Shown here: piece by piece, positions 61,354 through 64,000 of the stretch
Layout: each line of letters starts with the position of its first letter
How positions within the stretch are numbered: position 1 is the first letter of the stretch
Assembly (NCBI GenBank): GCA_014905635.1
Contig: JABVCE010000003.1
Coordinates: 186,001 to 250,000, forward strand
Origin: Scenedesmus sp. PABB004
Lineage: Eukaryota
Direction of reading: 5' to 3'
Length of the DNA stretch: 64,000 nt
Program-made: the position numbers and the translations under genes
Notes under the pieces: model-generated
Told to the model about the DNA's origin: nothing
The model's database searches: none
Seen by the model: the letters and a program-made list of their open reading frames with translations, nothing else

Positions 61354-61769
61354 GGCGGCTGGGGGAAGCGCTGGCGGCGAAGAATGCGAGCGGAGCGAGG
61401 GGCGGGAGTGAGCTCCGGCGAGGGAGCGAGGGGCCGGAGTGAGCTCCGGCCCCCTCGCCGGCGAGGTTGGAATGAGCTCAGCGAGTGCGCTGGCGGTTTT
61501 CTGGCGAGAGCCCCGGTGCAACTTTGCCCGTGCACACTGCCCGCCCGGCACACCGTGTCCTCTCTCCTCTCGCAGCAAGCCCGCGCGCCGCGCCAACCGC
61601 CGCCGCCGCGAGCGCTGCTGTCGCGCGCCGCTGCTCCGCGTGCCCCTCCTGCTCGCCGGCAGCCCGCACCGCCGCGCCCGGCCGACGAACCGCGCCTCCA
61701 GGCATCCGCTGCCAGCGGCTGGCGGCCGCAGCAGACGGCGGGGCCACCGAGGGAGCAGCGGCGGCGGCG

Positions 61770-62714
61770 ATGTCTTCGCTCTACCCCTCGCTGCCGGGCC
61801 GGGAGGACGGCGGCCGGCCGTCCTACGGCTACGGCACCTCGGGGCCGCCGTACTACCCGCCGTCGCAGCCGCCGGCGCTGTCGTCGCAGGGCTCGCTGGA
61901 GCAGCACAGCCCGTGGGCGGCGGACACAAACTCAACGCTGCGCGTGAAGATTGCCGACGACTACCGCCTCGCGCCGCCGGTGAGCGCCGCGGGCGGCGGG
62001 GCCGACACCGGACGGCGCCGCATGCACGGCCCCCGCGCGCATGCGCAGCGCGACGCACGCCCGCGCCAACGCCGGCGCCGCAACCGCATCTGCAGGTGGC
62101 CATGCCGCCGGCGCTGGCGGGCAGCAGCGGCGGCGGGCGGGGGCCGGAGTTTGACTACGACCTGGAGCGCCAGGTCATGGCCGCGGACGCGTCCACCTCA
62201 TTCGACGCGTTCCTGGCCAAGCCGGAGGTGCGCCGCCGGCGCGCCGCGCACCACGACCGCGCGCTGCTGCCGCGGCACGCGCCGCGCGGGGGTGCCTACG
62301 GCTAGCCTGACCCCGCGCCCGCGCGCGCGGCTTGCAGGACTCGTTCTATGACAACACAAAGGCGGCGCGCTTTGTGCGCGCGGGCTTCAGCCCCGCCGTT
62401 GTCAACCTGGCGCTCGCGTACCACGCGGCCAACCGCGGCGGCGGCGACGACCAGGCGCGCCCGCGCTGCGCCGCGCCGCGCTGCGCCGCGCCGCCGCGCC
62501 GCCGGCCGCCCACGCGCTCACCCGCGCCCCCGCTGACCGGCCACCGCGTGCGCGCGCGCTGTGCCGGTCCCGCGCGCAGATCATGGCGTTCTGCGAGAAC
62601 TTCCGCACGCTGACGCAGGAGATGAGCTTCAGTGCGGCGCTGGCGGCGGGCGCGCTCGTCAAGACCAAGAACGACCTCGCCGCCGCGGCCAACCTCATAA
62701 CCGAGCTCAGCTGA
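61770..62714 (+). CDS. UBAP1-like ESCRT-I subunit (UMA-like N-terminus plus UBA/SOUBA repeats), 4 exons
   Basis: SLYPSL; LRVKIADDYRLAPP/VAMPP..EFDYDLERQVM; AGFSPAVVNLAL; EMSFSAALAAGALVKTKNDLAAAANLI. Confidence 0.7.
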
Positions 62715-62794
62715 CCGCCCCAGCCGCTGCGGAAGCGGCGAGGCGCGGCGCGGCGTGTAAGTTACGACGCCTGGACGCCTGGCTGCGCACGCGC

Positions 62795-63603
62795 TCACGG
62801 CGCCGCCGCCAGCAGCGGGTCGGCCTCCGCCAGGCGCTGCGCCAGCGCCGCCACCTGCTCGCGCTCGGCGGCGGCCGCCAGCAGCCGCCGCAGCTCCGCG
62901 CGGCGCTGCGCGCTGAGCGTGCTGCACCCCGGCGCCAGCCGGATGCCCGCCAGGCGTGGCTGCGCGGCGTCCGCCGACGCCGCAGCGCCGCCCCCGGCTG
63001 CGCCGCCGTCGGCCGCGCCCTGCGCCAGGGCGGCGCCGCTGTGGCCACTCGCAGGCGCCTCGCCGCTGGAGCTGGCGCTGCTCGCGTCGCTGTCGGCGTC
63101 GCTGTCGGCGTTAGACGCATACCCGCCGCTGGTGCTGGCGCCCTCGCTCTCGTCGCTGGCGTCGCTCGCGTCGCTGTCGCTGGCGCCCTCACTCGCGTCA
63201 CTGCCGCTGCTTTCTTGCTGTGCCAGCCGCGCCGCCACGGCGGCCTGGAACTCCAGCAGCAGGCCGTCGCCGGGCGCGGCCGCGAGCGCTGCGCGGCGCG
63301 CGCGCGGCGGCGGCAGGGGGGTCGGGCGCGCCCCCCGCCGGCGCGCCCACGCGCACAGCCCCCGCAGCGCAGCCGGCGGCACGCACCTTGCCCCAGGGCG
63401 GCGGACGCGGCGGCGTAGTCGCCGCCCCGCACCGCCGCGACGAGCGCGCGCTTGGCCTGCCACGGCGGCGCGGGCGGGCAGCGCTCGGCGGGCGTCCGCG
63501 GCGCGCTCGCAACCGCAGAGCGCGCTGCTCCACGCGCAGTCCTCAGGCGCACCTGCAGTCCCGGCGGGCCTGCGCCGGACGGCGTTGCCGCCGCCTGCTG
63601 CAT
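62795..63603 (-). CDS. Hypothetical protein, short TPR-like helix pair plus acidic tract (ERICH2-like?)
   Basis: MQQAAATP..LQ/AKRALVAAVRGGDYAAASAALGQ/ALAAAPGDGLLLEFQAAV, followed by an S/D/E-rich stretch; phase-consistent GT-AG introns. Confidence 0.55.
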
Positions 63604-63911
63604 CGCCAGTCCGCCGGACTGAGTCCGGTCGGCGCGCGTTGACCGGGGCGCGCGGCTGGCCGCAGGCTGCCTGTGACCGGTGGTGGCGAGCAGTGGGCGT
63701 GCACGGCCAGCACGGCTTTTGCGCCTGCGCGCGCGCAGCGCACACACGCGCGACGTCGCGCGGGCGGCGCAGCTTGCGAGAGCCCCGGCGGCGCGCGCAC
63801 CGCGTGCCGCTGCCGTCGGGCGCGCCGCTGCGCACGCCAGTCCCCCGCACCGCGCCGCGATCGCCTCCAGCGACGCGCCCGGGCATGTAGGCGTCCGCGA
63901 GAGCGAGCGCT

Positions 63912-64000
63912 ATGTCGGCCAAGCGCACCGCGCTGCGGGAGGCGCGGGAGGCGCTCAGCGCGGGCGCCTGGCGCGACGCCGTGACCGCCTGCAAGGCGGC
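63912..64000 (+). CDS. SKI3: Start of SKI3/TTC37-like TPR protein (partial)
   Basis: MSAKRTALREAREALSAGAWRDAVTACKA resembles the TTC37 N-terminus ([30 protein letters not shown]). Only 29 codons are visible. Confidence 0.6.
   Translation, partial: MSAKRTALREAREALSAGAWRDAVTACKA

Overview
This is eukaryotic nuclear DNA, extremely GC-rich (roughly 80% by eye), gene-dense and intron-rich. TGTAA poly(A) signals, GTGCG-type donors, a plant-type tRNA-His and the gene content point to a chlorophyte green alga (inference; probably Chlorophyceae). Most long six-frame ORFs are GC artefacts, so gene models were rebuilt by hand from splice sites and recalled protein motifs; no database search was run. 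About 24 spliced genes are supported: a PHD/AT-hook protein, a PPIL1-like cyclophilin, CLASRP-like, Mpv17/PMP22, SURF4-like, Gemin5-like, AAMP/SQT1, a bacterial TalC-type transaldolase, GGPPS, RPL18, TOM1, two ENT transporters, a RING protein, Asterix, DPH4, a VIP1-like bZIP, an MSP130/choice-of-anchor-I protein, TM9SF, UBAP1-like, SKI3 and several hypotheticals. Five observations stand out. (1) An orphan gene is bracketed by ~565-bp inverted repeats that each carry an inward-facing tRNA-His, and the gene contains palindromes and fold-back insertions, one a frame-breaking 45-bp hairpin. (2) At least 20 introns use GC-AG, roughly one in six. (3) An RPL18 intron holds a 48-bp pre-miRNA-like hairpin. 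(4) Two intron-containing genes belong to bacterial-type families. (5) A ~5.5-kb tandem duplication shows reciprocal decay. Single-base frameshifts in G/C runs may be assembly errors. CDS coordinates are gene spans including introns.
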